This document shows, one piece after another, positions 38,121 through 47,950 of a stretch of DNA of 64,000 nt. Location: assembly GCA_963830995.1 (NCBI GenBank), contig CAWHOK010000001.1:111689-175688 (forward strand), given 5' to 3'. The stretch comes from an uncultured Alphaproteobacteria bacterium. Lineage in GTDB: Bacteria > Pseudomonadota > Alphaproteobacteria > Rhizobiales > Xanthobacteraceae. The translations under genes and the position numbers were made by a program. Below the pieces are notes generated by a model. The model did not search any database. It was not told the origin of the DNA and saw only the letters and a list, made by a program, of their open reading frames with translations. How positions within the stretch are numbered: position 1 is the first letter of the stretch; the number at the start of each line of letters is the position of its first letter.

Positions 38121-38918
38121 TCAGCTATTCCGTAGCGCTTCGGCTTGCGCGTAGAAGCGCTTTTCCCATTTTTTCTGGTTTTTAGTGCCTTCGCGAATGA
38201 ACGGCGTGAAGATCGCCAGCTTGAGAAGCAACCAGTTGAGAAAGCGCGCGGGCTGTCGCAGCGGCTTGACGAAATCGACGAACAGCACGACGCGAGTGTG
38301 CGGCGTGCGGTTCCAAGCTTCATGTTCATAGGCGTCGTCGAAGATCACGACCTCGCCCTCGCGCCAGCGATAAGTTTGCGAGCCGACGCGGATGCCGAGC
38401 TGCTCGCGGGGCTCCGGCAGGATCAATCCGAGATGAAGTCGCAGAACGCCGTTATACGGCCCGCGATGCGGCGGCAGATGTTTGCCCGGTTCGAGGATCG
38501 AGAACATCACCGTTATAAGGCCGGGGATTTGGCGACAAATGCGCCACGTGGCAGGACAAGCGGCGATGTTAGCCACCGAATTCACGCCATAGCCGGTCAG
38601 GAGATAGGTTTTCCACCCGCTGTCCTGGCTAGTGGTGAGAACATCCGTCGAAATTTCGTGGAAGCCCGGCAATTCGTCTTTGCGCACCAAAACTTTATCG
38701 AGCTCTTTGCGGATAAGTCCCCATTCCGCTTCGATTTTTCTCGCCCAGGGAAACACCGCATTGTCGTAGATCGCGGGATTGCCGACGCGGCTGCAGGACA
38801 CGTTAAGTCGTTCGACTGCCGCGACAATTTTCATCAACGCGCGCACGACTGGGCTCGGGCGGCCCATCGGCTTGATGCCCTCGGTACCGAATTTCTGCGC
38901 CAGTCCCGCCACAGGCAA
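38121..38918 (-). CDS. Aspartyl/asparaginyl beta-hydroxylase family Fe(II)/2OG dioxygenase
   Basis: HRGPYNGVLRLHLGL, FDDAYEHEAWN, RVVLFVD. Confidence 0.85.
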   Translation of the reverse strand: MPVAGLAQKFGTEGIKPMGRPSPVVRALMKIVAAVERLNVSCSRVGNPAIYDNAVFPWARKIEAEWGLIRKELDKVLVRKDELPGFHEISTDVLTTSQDSGWKTYLLTGYGVNSVANIAACPATWRICRQIPGLITVMFSILEPGKHLPPHRGPYNGVLRLHLGLILPEPREQLGIRVGSQTYRWREGEVVIFDDAYEHEAWNRTPHTRVVLFVDFVKPLRQPARFLNWLLLKLAIFTPFIREGTKNQKKWEKRFYAQAEALRNS

Positions 38919-39016
38919 CTCCTTCAGCGATCACACAAATCGACGATAGCACGGCTTATCCACGCCGAGCATCCGTGGTGAATTGGCCGGAACGGTGGTC
39001 GTGCTAGGATCGCAAA

Positions 39017-39343
39017 ATGCGGGCTATATCGGTGCTGTGTCTGATTGCTGGCCTGTTGTCGGCCCCGAGTTTCGCTTGGTCGGCCGATGGTCCGCGGTTG
39101 TTCTCGGACTATCGCGGCCAGCGCGTTTATGTACTGCCGTTCCCCCGCTCGGAGCGCGCCCAGTCGGTGTGGGAGTCCGGTGCCTGCTGGAGCGATTGCG
39201 GCGCTCATTGCACATGGGGGCAGAACGCCTGCCTGCGGGTCGACAGCCAGGGCCAATGCATCGCCTATACCGATGCTTGCGATCGCTATTGCCAAAAGAC
39301 CTGCCGAACCTCCGGCGGACCGTTGATAGATTTTCTCGATTGA
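39017..39343 (+). CDS. Secreted cysteine-rich small protein
   Basis: Signal peptide; 8 Cys in the C-terminal half. Confidence 0.7.
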   Translation: MRAISVLCLIAGLLSAPSFAWSADGPRLFSDYRGQRVYVLPFPRSERAQSVWESGACWSDCGAHCTWGQNACLRVDSQGQCIAYTDACDRYCQKTCRTSGGPLIDFLD

Positions 39344-39457
39344 GAAAATTGTCGCAGCGGGTGGGCTATGGCCCCAAGGGCGCCGGCCTCGAGCCGGCGG
39401 TGCGCACCGCGGTCGAGAAGCTCAGGGCACCGGTCGCGTAAAGGGATACGACGCCAG

Positions 39458-41194
39458 TTAGCGAAACGCGCCGTGCCGGCTTAGAAGCAAGAACAGCACG
39501 GCCATGGCCAGCGCGAGCGACAAGGCTTTCCAGAACAACAGCGGATGGCGCTCGATCAACGGCCTGGTCGCGGGGCTGAGGAAATTCTTGTTGGGGTGAC
39601 GAAGCTCAAACACGAATTCCGATAACTCTTCGTAGCGCCGGCTAGGATCGGGCTGCGTCGCCTTCTCCAGCACCTTGTCGATCCAGCCCGGCACGTCGCG
39701 ATTATCGTCGAGCGCTGAGTGGTATTTCAGCTTACGCTGTTGTGACCGCGTGCGCGCCTTGGCGGCACTGGCGCCGTAGGGCAATTTTCCGGTCAGCATC
39801 TGGTAAGCGATCACGCCGAGCGAAAACAGATCGGAACGCGTCGAGCCGCCTTCGCCGAGGAAATATTCAGGCGCAGTGTACTGAACGGTTCCCAGTACAT
39901 CATGGCGCTCGATCAGCGGCGCCGCTTCAGCGACGCCGGCGACACTGGTCGAGCCGAAATCGATGATCTTGGCGGTCCCGGTCTTATCGATCATGACGTT
40001 CTCGGGCCGCAAATCCTGGTGCAGCATTTCCATGCGGTGGAACGCGCTGAGACCTTTGGCGATCTGCTCGACGATGGCGCGCACCGTCTCGAGGTCGGGC
40101 TTGGGGTGATCGATCATCCATTGCGTCAGTGTTTGGCCGTCGACGTATTCCATCGCAACGTAAAGGTAGTTGCGCTTGCGCGAAGGCGGCCGCGGCTTGA
40201 GCGCATGAGGGCTGTCGAGACGCCGCGCGACCCATTCCTCCATCATGAAGCGGCGCAGATAAACGGGGTCGTCGCGCAGATCGATCGACGGGATTTTTAG
40301 TGCGACCAGCTCTTCGCTGGCGATGTCGACCGCGAGATAGATATGGCTGCGCGCGCTGTCGTGCAGCTCACGCACGATACGGTAGCCCTCGAAGCTCTGG
40401 CGCGCGTTGAGCAGCGGGGGCGGCGGCAGTTCTGATGTCGGCCCCGGGATGTCGCCGTGAGCCTCCGGCAATTCGTCGATGCGCACGATCTGGATCGTGA
40501 GGTTGTCGGGACTGCCCTGCTGCAGCGCCTGCTCGACCAGCAACCGCGCGGCGGCATCGAGGTCATTGGCGTTGCCGGCGATGGTGCGGGCGATAAAGCG
40601 CGGTGCGACGTGCTCGTAGACGCCGTCGGTCGCCAGTACGAAAATATCGCCGGCCTCGACCGGAATGGCGCGGTAGTCGATTTCGACCTGCGGATTGATG
40701 CCCAGCGCGCGCCCCAGGTAATTCTGCTGCGATGAGATGACGATACGGTGGTCTTCTGTGAGCTGTTCTAGCGAGGGGCCGGCGACGCGGTAGATGCGGG
40801 AATCCCCGACGTGAAAGAGGTGCGCGGTCGCCGACTTCAGCACCAGCGCACTCAAGGTGCAGACGTAGCCCTTATCGCTATCGTAGGAGTATTGGCTACG
40901 CCGCGTTTGCGCATGAAGCCATGAATTCGTCGCCGCGAGCACGCGCTGCGCCGAGGTCTTCACCGACCACGCCTCCGAGGTGCAGTAGTAGTCGGTCAGA
41001 AAGCTTTTGACGGCGGATTCGCTCGCGATCTGACTGACGTCGCTGCTGCTGATGCCGTCCGTGAGGACGATCGCGATGCCTTTGCTGCCAAGCAGCGGCT
41101 CGGCTGGAATCAAAACGCCGTGGAAATCCTGATTGATTTCCTTGCGGCCTTTATCGGAATGCTGCCCGACCGATATTTTGAGTTCACGCCGCAT
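39458..41194 (-). CDS. Bifunctional PP2C phosphatase / Ser-Thr kinase with C-terminal TM anchor
   Basis: NQD, DG, HVGDSR, TDG, DN (PP2C); ALK, HQDLRPEN, DFG, APE (kinase). Confidence 0.92.
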   Translation of the reverse strand: MRRELKISVGQHSDKGRKEINQDFHGVLIPAEPLLGSKGIAIVLTDGISSSDVSQIASESAVKSFLTDYYCTSEAWSVKTSAQRVLAATNSWLHAQTRRSQYSYDSDKGYVCTLSALVLKSATAHLFHVGDSRIYRVAGPSLEQLTEDHRIVISSQQNYLGRALGINPQVEIDYRAIPVEAGDIFVLATDGVYEHVAPRFIARTIAGNANDLDAAARLLVEQALQQGSPDNLTIQIVRIDELPEAHGDIPGPTSELPPPPLLNARQSFEGYRIVRELHDSARSHIYLAVDIASEELVALKIPSIDLRDDPVYLRRFMMEEWVARRLDSPHALKPRPPSRKRNYLYVAMEYVDGQTLTQWMIDHPKPDLETVRAIVEQIAKGLSAFHRMEMLHQDLRPENVMIDKTGTAKIIDFGSTSVAGVAEAAPLIERHDVLGTVQYTAPEYFLGEGGSTRSDLFSLGVIAYQMLTGKLPYGASAAKARTRSQQRKLKYHSALDDNRDVPGWIDKVLEKATQPDPSRRYEELSEFVFELRHPNKNFLSPATRPLIERHPLLFWKALSLALAMAVLFLLLSRHGAFR

Positions 41195-41208
41195 CGCCGG
41201 GCCAAAGG

Positions 41209-41243
41209 AAAAAGGGCCTCACCACCCTTGGATGAGGCCCTTT
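41209..41243 (-). terminator. Intra-operon terminator-like hairpin between FNT and kinase genes
   Basis: AAAGGGCCTCA...TGAGGCCCTTT stem followed by U-tract on minus strand. Confidence 0.65.
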
Positions 41244-41257
41244 CATCTTACATCAGA

Positions 41258-42091
41258 TCAAGCCGCCAGGCGCTTGACGTTGGAGGCGCGCTTCGGCGCG
41301 GTCATCATGTGCGTGGCGTAGAGTGTCAGGCCGGTGAAGGCGATGCCGCCGACGAGATTGCCGAGCACGGTGGGGATCTCGTTCCAGATGAAATAGTCCA
41401 TGATCGAGAACGGAGCGTGCAGCATCAGGCCGGCCGGGAACAGGAACATGTTCACCACCGAATGCTCGAACACCATGTAGAAGAACACAAGAATCGGCAT
41501 CCACATCGCCAGGATTTTGCCCGGTACCGTGGTTGAGATCATGGCGCCGACCACGCCGGTCGATACCATCCAGTTGCACAGCACGCCGCGGAAGAACAGG
41601 GTCAGCATGCCGAGAAAGCCGTGCGCCGCATAACCAAGGGTTCGAGCTTCGCCGATATTGCCGATCACGGTGCCGACCTTGTCGGGCGCTTGCGAGAAGC
41701 CGAACGTCGTTACGAACGCCATCAGGAATGCCGTGGTCAGTGAGCCGGCAAAATTTCCGAGAAATACCAAGCCCCAGTTGCGCATCATGCCGCCGAAGGT
41801 CACGCCCGGACGTTTATTGATCCAGGCCAGCGGAACGAGAACGAACACGCCTGTCAGCAGATCGAACCCAAGCAGGTTCAGCATGCAAAATCCGACCGGA
41901 AACAGCAGCGCGCCGACGATGGGCTGTCCGGTATTGACGTTGATGGTCACCGCAAACCACGCCGCCAGCGCCAGGATGGCGCCTGCCATGTAGGCACGGA
42001 TCAATGTGTCACGGGTCGACATGAAGACTTTGGATTCGCCGGCATCCACCATTTTGGTGACGAATTCCGATGGCGCGAGATACGACATCAC
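41258..42091 (-). CDS. Formate/nitrite transporter (FNT) family channel
   Basis: FPVG, DLLTG, GNFAG, G.LCNWMV, FEHSVVNM, LGNLVGG. Confidence 0.92.
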   Translation of the reverse strand: MMSYLAPSEFVTKMVDAGESKVFMSTRDTLIRAYMAGAILALAAWFAVTINVNTGQPIVGALLFPVGFCMLNLLGFDLLTGVFVLVPLAWINKRPGVTFGGMMRNWGLVFLGNFAGSLTTAFLMAFVTTFGFSQAPDKVGTVIGNIGEARTLGYAAHGFLGMLTLFFRGVLCNWMVSTGVVGAMISTTVPGKILAMWMPILVFFYMVFEHSVVNMFLFPAGLMLHAPFSIMDYFIWNEIPTVLGNLVGGIAFTGLTLYATHMMTAPKRASNVKRLAA

Positions 42092-42167
42092 AGCTCCTTT
42101 TCGTTGGTTCGCAAAAAAGCAAAGCCCGTCCGTCGCCAGACGCGTGGTTCATTCCGCCGCACACTGA

Positions 42168-42182
42168 GCAAACCGTGTGCCA
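42168..42182 (-). promoter_or_regulatory. Sigma54 (-24/-12) promoter of FNT gene
   Basis: TGGCAC-ACGGT-TTGC exact consensus on minus strand. Confidence 0.85.
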
Positions 42183-42253
42183 AGCCGGCCTGCGCCGGCG
42201 CTCACGGAGAGTTGCCGGAACTTGAGGCAAACCTTACCTGCCGGGATTCGACG

Positions 42254-42290
42254 TGCATCGATTTGCTGCAGTGCGCCTAATTTTCGCGCA
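42254..42290. promoter_or_regulatory. Tandem NtrC-like enhancer sites
   Basis: TGCATCGATTTGCTGCA and CGCCTAATTTTCGCGCA (GC-N11-GC), 20 bp apart, between two sigma54 promoters. Confidence 0.65.
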
Positions 42291-42348
42291 GGTTCGGAAG
42301 ACGGCGGTGAGATAGCGCGAAAATCCGCGAAATTGCGGGGCTTATGTC

Positions 42349-42363
42349 TGGCACGTGTCTTGC
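42349..42363 (+). promoter_or_regulatory. Sigma54 (-24/-12) promoter of nirA
   Basis: TGGCAC-GTGTC-TTGC exact consensus. Confidence 0.85.
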
Positions 42364-42376
42364 TGTCCTCAAGACG

Positions 42377-44137
42377 ATGTCGGGCGAATTCGAACCGGAG
42401 CAGAAGCGGTATCTGGAGGGTTTCGTTGCGGGGCTGCAGATCGCCAAGTCGCGCGGCGGCGCCGCGCCGGCGAGTGGTGCCCCGAGCGAACCTGTCGGTC
42501 CTGACGCGGCTGCGATCAAGGCGCAAGACCGGACCGTTGCCGCGGGCGGCAAGCTGTCGGATCAGGAAAAATTCAAACGCGAGCTGCATCCATTCGACGG
42601 CTACGAGAAGCTGAAAGCGCAGGCGACAAACGACGAAGCGCCGAAGCCGCCCGATAATTTCCGCTGGCGTTACTACGGCCTGTTTTATGTCGCGCCTGCG
42701 CAGAATTCCTATATGTGCCGGCTGCGCATTCCAAACGGAATCCTGTCGGCGCATCAATTCGCCGGCATGGCCGATGTCGCCGAGCGTTATGGCGGGGGTT
42801 ATGCGCACGTCACGACGCGCGCCAATCTTCAGGTCCGCGAGATCCCGCCCAAGCACGCCGTCGCCATGGTCGAGGCCATCCAAGACCTCGGCCTATGCTC
42901 GCGCGGCTCCGGCGCCGACAATATCCGCAACGTCACTGGCACGCCGACCGCCGGCATCGATCCGCAAGAATTGCTCGACACCCGGCCTTACGCGCGGGAG
43001 TGGCATTTCCATATTCTCAATGAACGTGCGCTGTATGGTTTGCCGCGAAAATTCAATGTCGGCTTCGACGGTGCGGGCAGGGTGCCCGTTCTTGAGGACA
43101 CCAATGACATCGGATTTCAGGCGGTCGCTATTCCGGACGGGCACGGTGTTGAGCAGGGCGTCTATTTCGCCGTCTGCCTCGGCGGCATCACCGGCCACCA
43201 CGACTTCGCAAAAACCACCGGTGTGATCTGCAAGCCGGCCGACGCTACCAAGATCGCCGACGCGATCGTACGGGTCTATATCGATCATGGGGATCGCACC
43301 AATCGTCTCAAGGCGCGGCTCAAATATGTGCTCGACAAAATGGGCATGGAAAAATTTCTCGAAATGGTCGAGCAGAAGCTAGGGACTAAGCTGACACGCG
43401 TTCCGATGGAGCTATTGGCGGACCGCCCCGCGTTCGACCGGACGGCCCACATCGGCGTTCACCAGCAAAAGCAGAACGGGCTCAACTGGATCGGGGTTCT
43501 GCTGCCGGTCGGCAAAATGACGTCGGCGCAAATGCGCGCGGTCGCCAAGATCGCCACCAAGTTCGGCGACGGTGAAATCCGCCTCACGGTCTGGCAGAAC
43601 TTCCTGATCGCCGGCGTGCCGGACGCGAAGGTCGCTGCGGCTGTGGCTGCCATCGAGGCCGCAGGTTTTGCCGCCCAGGCCTCCGCGATCCGTTCTGGTC
43701 TGATCGCCTGCACCGGCAACACCGGGTGTAAGTTCGCGGCATCCGACACTAAGCGTCACGCCCAAGAAATCGCGGACTGGTGCGAGAGTCGCGTCACACT
43801 CGACAGCCCGATCAACATTCATCTGACCGGGTGTCACCATTCATGCGCACAGCACTACGTTAGCGATATCGGGTTGCTGGCGGCCAAGGTGCAAGAGACC
43901 GACGACAGTCCGCAGGTCGAGGGCTATCACATCTACGTCGGCGGCGGTTTCGGGCCGCAGGCGGCGCTCGGCCAGGAAATCTACCGCGACGTCAAAGCCG
44001 AAGACACGCCAAGCAGGATCGAGCGGTTGCTCAAGGCCTATCTCGCCAATCGGGCTTCGCGCGACGAAGGCTTCCTGGCGTTCTCGCGACGGCTGTCGGT
44101 CGAAACGCTGCGTGATCTGTCGGAGGCTGCCGCGTGA
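42377..44137 (+). CDS. nirA: Siroheme nitrite reductase (NirA family)
   Basis: MCRLRIPNG, TTRANLQ, LPRKFN, ACTGNTGC and TGCHHSC Fe-S/siroheme ligands. Confidence 0.9.
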   Translation: MSGEFEPEQKRYLEGFVAGLQIAKSRGGAAPASGAPSEPVGPDAAAIKAQDRTVAAGGKLSDQEKFKRELHPFDGYEKLKAQATNDEAPKPPDNFRWRYYGLFYVAPAQNSYMCRLRIPNGILSAHQFAGMADVAERYGGGYAHVTTRANLQVREIPPKHAVAMVEAIQDLGLCSRGSGADNIRNVTGTPTAGIDPQELLDTRPYAREWHFHILNERALYGLPRKFNVGFDGAGRVPVLEDTNDIGFQAVAIPDGHGVEQGVYFAVCLGGITGHHDFAKTTGVICKPADATKIADAIVRVYIDHGDRTNRLKARLKYVLDKMGMEKFLEMVEQKLGTKLTRVPMELLADRPAFDRTAHIGVHQQKQNGLNWIGVLLPVGKMTSAQMRAVAKIATKFGDGEIRLTVWQNFLIAGVPDAKVAAAVAAIEAAGFAAQASAIRSGLIACTGNTGCKFAASDTKRHAQEIADWCESRVTLDSPINIHLTGCHHSCAQHYVSDIGLLAAKVQETDDSPQVEGYHIYVGGGFGPQAALGQEIYRDVKAEDTPSRIERLLKAYLANRASRDEGFLAFSRRLSVETLRDLSEAAA

Positions 44138-45742
44138 ACGCCGTACCTCCGCCGATTGCCAACCTCATTCCTGAAATCGGCGCCGTTCACGGCCGAGCAG
44201 CAAGTCTGGCTCAACGGATTCTTCGCTGGATTGCTGTCGCTCGACGGTGGTGTCACGCCGTTATCGCCGGAGCAATCGGTCGCGCTGATGGGAGGCGCGG
44301 CGGCGGTTGAGGCCGACGATGGCGCGCCATGGCACGATCAGACCATGCCGCTGCCGGACCGCATGAAACTCGCCGAAGGCAAGCCGCTGCGGCGGCGCAT
44401 GATGGCGGCGATGGGCCAGCAGGATTGCGGCCAGTGCGGCTACAATTGCCAGGATTATGCCGACGCCATCGCCGGTAAGAAGGTCGACAAGCTCAATCTC
44501 TGCGTGCCCGGCGGCAAGGACACCGCCCGCATGCTCAAGACGCTGTACGCCGAATTGGACGTCGCACCAGCGGCGCGCGTCGAAACTCCGGCGGTGGCCC
44601 CGACTGCCGAAGCCCAGTCCATCGTCGTCGCGGGGCGTTCGCGCGATAATCCGGTCGAGGCGACCTTCGTATCGCGCACGCGGCTCAACAAAGCAGGATC
44701 GCAAAAGGAAACCTGGCATATCGAGCTCGATATCGCCGGCGCCGGCCTCGACTACACGGTCGGGAACTCGTTCGGCATTTATCCGGTCAACGAAACCGCG
44801 CTGGTCGACGCCATCATCAAGGCGATCGATGCGCCGGCGGATTTTCCGATCGGCGATCGCACGCTGGCCGAAGTTTTGCGCGACGGCGTCTGCCTCGGCA
44901 CGCCGCCCGACATACTGTTCCAGTTAATTTCCTACATGACGGGAGGGGACCGCCGCAAAAAAGCCAAGGCGCTGGCGGCAGGCGAGGATCCTGACGGCGA
45001 TGCCAAGACACTCGACGTGCTGGCAGCGCTGGAGAAATTCTCCGGCTTCCGGCCCGATCCCGAGGCTTTCATCGAGTCGCTCGATGCGCTGCAGCCGCGG
45101 CTTTATTCGATCTCGTCCTCGCCACGCGTTCATCCGGCCCGCGTGAGCCTCACGGTCGATACCGTGCGCTATCCGGTCGGCTCCCGGCTGCGGCTCGGAT
45201 GCGCCTCGACGCATCTCGCCGAACGCATCAACCCAGGCGACAAATTGCGGGTCTATGTGCAGAAGGCGCAGCATTTTGCACTGCCGGCCGATCCCGCGAC
45301 ATCGGTCATCATGATCGGGCCCGGCACCGGCATCGCGCCGTTCCGCGCATTTCTGCATGAGCGCATGGCGACGAAAGCCCCGGGCCGCAACTGGCTGTTT
45401 TTCGGTCATCAGCGCCGCGACTACGACTTCTTCTATGAGGACGAACTGAGCGGGATGCGCGCAACCGGCCATCTCAATCGTTTGACGCTCGCCTGGTCGC
45501 GCGATGCCGAAGAGAAAATCTATGTGCAGCACCGCATGGCCGACGTCGGCCGCGACCTCTGGAACTGGATCACCGAGGGCGCGCACATCTATGTGTGCGG
45601 CGACGCGCTACGCATGGCGAAAGATGTTGAACACGCGCTGATCGACGTGATTGGCACCCACGGCGCACGCACGCCCGAGCAGGCCATCGCGTTTCTCGCC
45701 GACCTGAGAAAAACCAACCGCTATCAGACCGACGTCTATTGA
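44134..45742 (+). CDS. Sulfite-reductase alpha-like FAD/NADPH flavoprotein with N-terminal Fe-S domain; 1-nt frameshift near 44175
   Basis: QDCGQCGYNC...LCVPGG, RLYSISSS, GPGTGIAPF, YVCGD; GTG start overlapping nirA stop. Confidence 0.85.
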
Positions 45743-45749
45743 GGCGAAA

Positions 45750-47225
45750 ATGACCGCCATTCGCACTCCGATCGAACGCCGCTCGGCCCGTATGGAAAAA
45801 CTGGCGCGGCTGCCGGTCTTTTTGGCGCTGCAAGGCCGCCGCGCCGTTGTCGCCGGTAACAATGCGGGGGCGGCATGGAAGGTGGAGTTGCTGGCCGCGG
45901 CGGGAGCGAAGGTGGATGTTTTTTCTGCCGAACCAAGCGAGGAAATGCTCGCGCTCGCAGGTGAAATGGCAGATTGCGTGACGCTCAATCGACGCCAATG
46001 GTCCGAAGTCGATTTTGCGAATACGGCCATCGCCATCGGCGGCTGCGAAACCGATGAAGAAGCGTCACGCTTCGCAACAGCCGCACGGGCCGCAGGAGTT
46101 CCGGTCAACGTCGTCGACAAACCGGAGTTCTGCGATTTTGCGCTCGGCTCGATCGTCAACCGGTCGCCATTGGTGATAGGCATCTCGACCGACGGGGCCG
46201 CGCCGGTATTTGCCCAGGCGATCCGCGCCAAGCTCGAAGCGATGTTGCCGAAAGGTTTTGCACAGTGGGCGCACGCGGCGCTGCGCTGGCGTCCCTTGTT
46301 AAAGTCAACCGACCTGTCGTTCGCCGCACGCCGCAAGTTTTGGCAAAGCTTCACCGCGCATGCGGTGAGGAATCCGGATCGGGTTCCCGCCGAGGATGAC
46401 TTTCTGCGCTTTGTCGGCGAGGTAAGGGACCAGGGCGCCGCCGTCGACCTCGGTACGGTCACGCTGGTCGGCGCCGGCCCCGGCGACCCCGAACTCCTGA
46501 CCTTGCGTGCGGTGCGCGCGCTACAGTCCGCCGACGTCATCCTGTTCGACGATTTGGTGTCGCGCGAAGTGTTGGATTTTTCCCGCCGTGAAGCCAAAAA
46601 AATGCTGGTCGGCAAAACCGGCCACGGCCCGTCCTGCACGCAAGCTGACATCAATGAGCTGATGGTCAATCTCGCCAGACGTGGCAAGCGCGTGGTGCGG
46701 CTGAAGAGCGGCGATCCGATGATCTTTGGCCGGGCCGCCGAAGAAGTCGCCGCCTGCACGGCAGCCAACATTGCGGTTGAAATCGTGCCGGGCATCACCG
46801 CCGCGCAAGGCGCCGCCAGCCGGCTCGGCCTATCGCTGACCGACCGCGATCATGCACGACGGCTGCAATACGTCACGGGGCACGCGAAGAATGGCGCGCT
46901 GCCGGCTGACATCGATTGGCATAGTCTTGCCGACCCGACGGCAACCACCGCGATCTATATGCCCGTCGGCACTTTGTCGGCGCTGGTCGGCAAAGCCGTC
47001 GCCGAGGGCCTCGATCCGGCGACGCCTGCCGTCGCCGTGGCGCGTGCGACGCGGCCGGATCAGGAAGTTATTGCGGATCTGATCAGCAATCTGCCAGCGC
47101 GGCTTACGGCGGCAAAATTCAAGGGCCCGGTAGTCGTGCTGCTCGGTCGCGCCTATGCGAACGCGACGGTCGTTACGCCGCATTCGGGCCGGTCGGTGAG
47201 GGAGCCAGAAGCGAGTTCGAAATAG
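45750..47225 (+). CDS. cysG: Siroheme synthase
   Basis: NVVDKPEFCDF, LVGAGPGDPELLT, RLKSGDP, VPGITAA. Confidence 0.93.
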   Translation: MTAIRTPIERRSARMEKLARLPVFLALQGRRAVVAGNNAGAAWKVELLAAAGAKVDVFSAEPSEEMLALAGEMADCVTLNRRQWSEVDFANTAIAIGGCETDEEASRFATAARAAGVPVNVVDKPEFCDFALGSIVNRSPLVIGISTDGAAPVFAQAIRAKLEAMLPKGFAQWAHAALRWRPLLKSTDLSFAARRKFWQSFTAHAVRNPDRVPAEDDFLRFVGEVRDQGAAVDLGTVTLVGAGPGDPELLTLRAVRALQSADVILFDDLVSREVLDFSRREAKKMLVGKTGHGPSCTQADINELMVNLARRGKRVVRLKSGDPMIFGRAAEEVAACTAANIAVEIVPGITAAQGAASRLGLSLTDRDHARRLQYVTGHAKNGALPADIDWHSLADPTATTAIYMPVGTLSALVGKAVAEGLDPATPAVAVARATRPDQEVIADLISNLPARLTAAKFKGPVVVLLGRAYANATVVTPHSGRSVREPEASSK

Positions 47226-47299
47226 CTGGATTTCTTCGGCGCCCTGATTTTTCGCCAACCTCCTTGCGGACCAAGCATGAGTTGGATTTGATCCGTCGC

Positions 47300-47917
47300 A
47301 TGAGCCGCAATCGATCCAAGATCAAGTTTCTGATCTGTCTCCAGGTCGTCGCGCTGGCATTGTTTACGATGCCAGCCGCACATGCGGCGGGGCAACATCA
47401 AGATATGTCGATCGGCGACCAGCCGGGATTGGTGCCCGACGAAGCGGATGAAGCGCTGTCGCCTGAATTGCAGCGCCAAATGGTCTATTTTCGCTCCAGC
47501 GAAGTTCCCGGCACCATCGTCGTTCATACCGCCGAGCGTTTCCTTTACGTCGTGCAGCCGAACGGACGCGCGATACGTTACGGGATCGGCGTCGGCCGCG
47601 ATGGCTTCCAGTGGCAAGGGCTGCTGCGCATCAGCCGCAAGCAGGAATGGCCGGACTGGACGCCGCCGCCCGAGATGATCGAGCGGCAGCCTTATCTGCC
47701 TCGTTTCATGGCGGGCGGACCGGGGAATCCGATGGGCGCGCGCGCGCTTTATCTCGGCGCGACCGTCTATCGCATCCACGGCACCAATCAGCCGCAGACG
47801 ATCGGGATGGCGGTGTCGTCCGGGTGTTTCCGCTTGGTCAATCCGGACGTGATCGATCTGTTCGACCGCATTCCGGTCGGTACTAAAGTTGTCGTTCAGC
47901 AGCAGCCGGGGTTGTGA
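47300..47917 (+). CDS. L,D-transpeptidase (YkuD family)
   Basis: NPMGARALYL, YRIHGT, SSGCFR. Confidence 0.92.
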   Translation: MSRNRSKIKFLICLQVVALALFTMPAAHAAGQHQDMSIGDQPGLVPDEADEALSPELQRQMVYFRSSEVPGTIVVHTAERFLYVVQPNGRAIRYGIGVGRDGFQWQGLLRISRKQEWPDWTPPPEMIERQPYLPRFMAGGPGNPMGARALYLGATVYRIHGTNQPQTIGMAVSSGCFRLVNPDVIDLFDRIPVGTKVVVQQQPGL

Positions 47918-47950
47918 TTGCGCTGTTGACGGTTCAAGTGGGCGAGGGGC

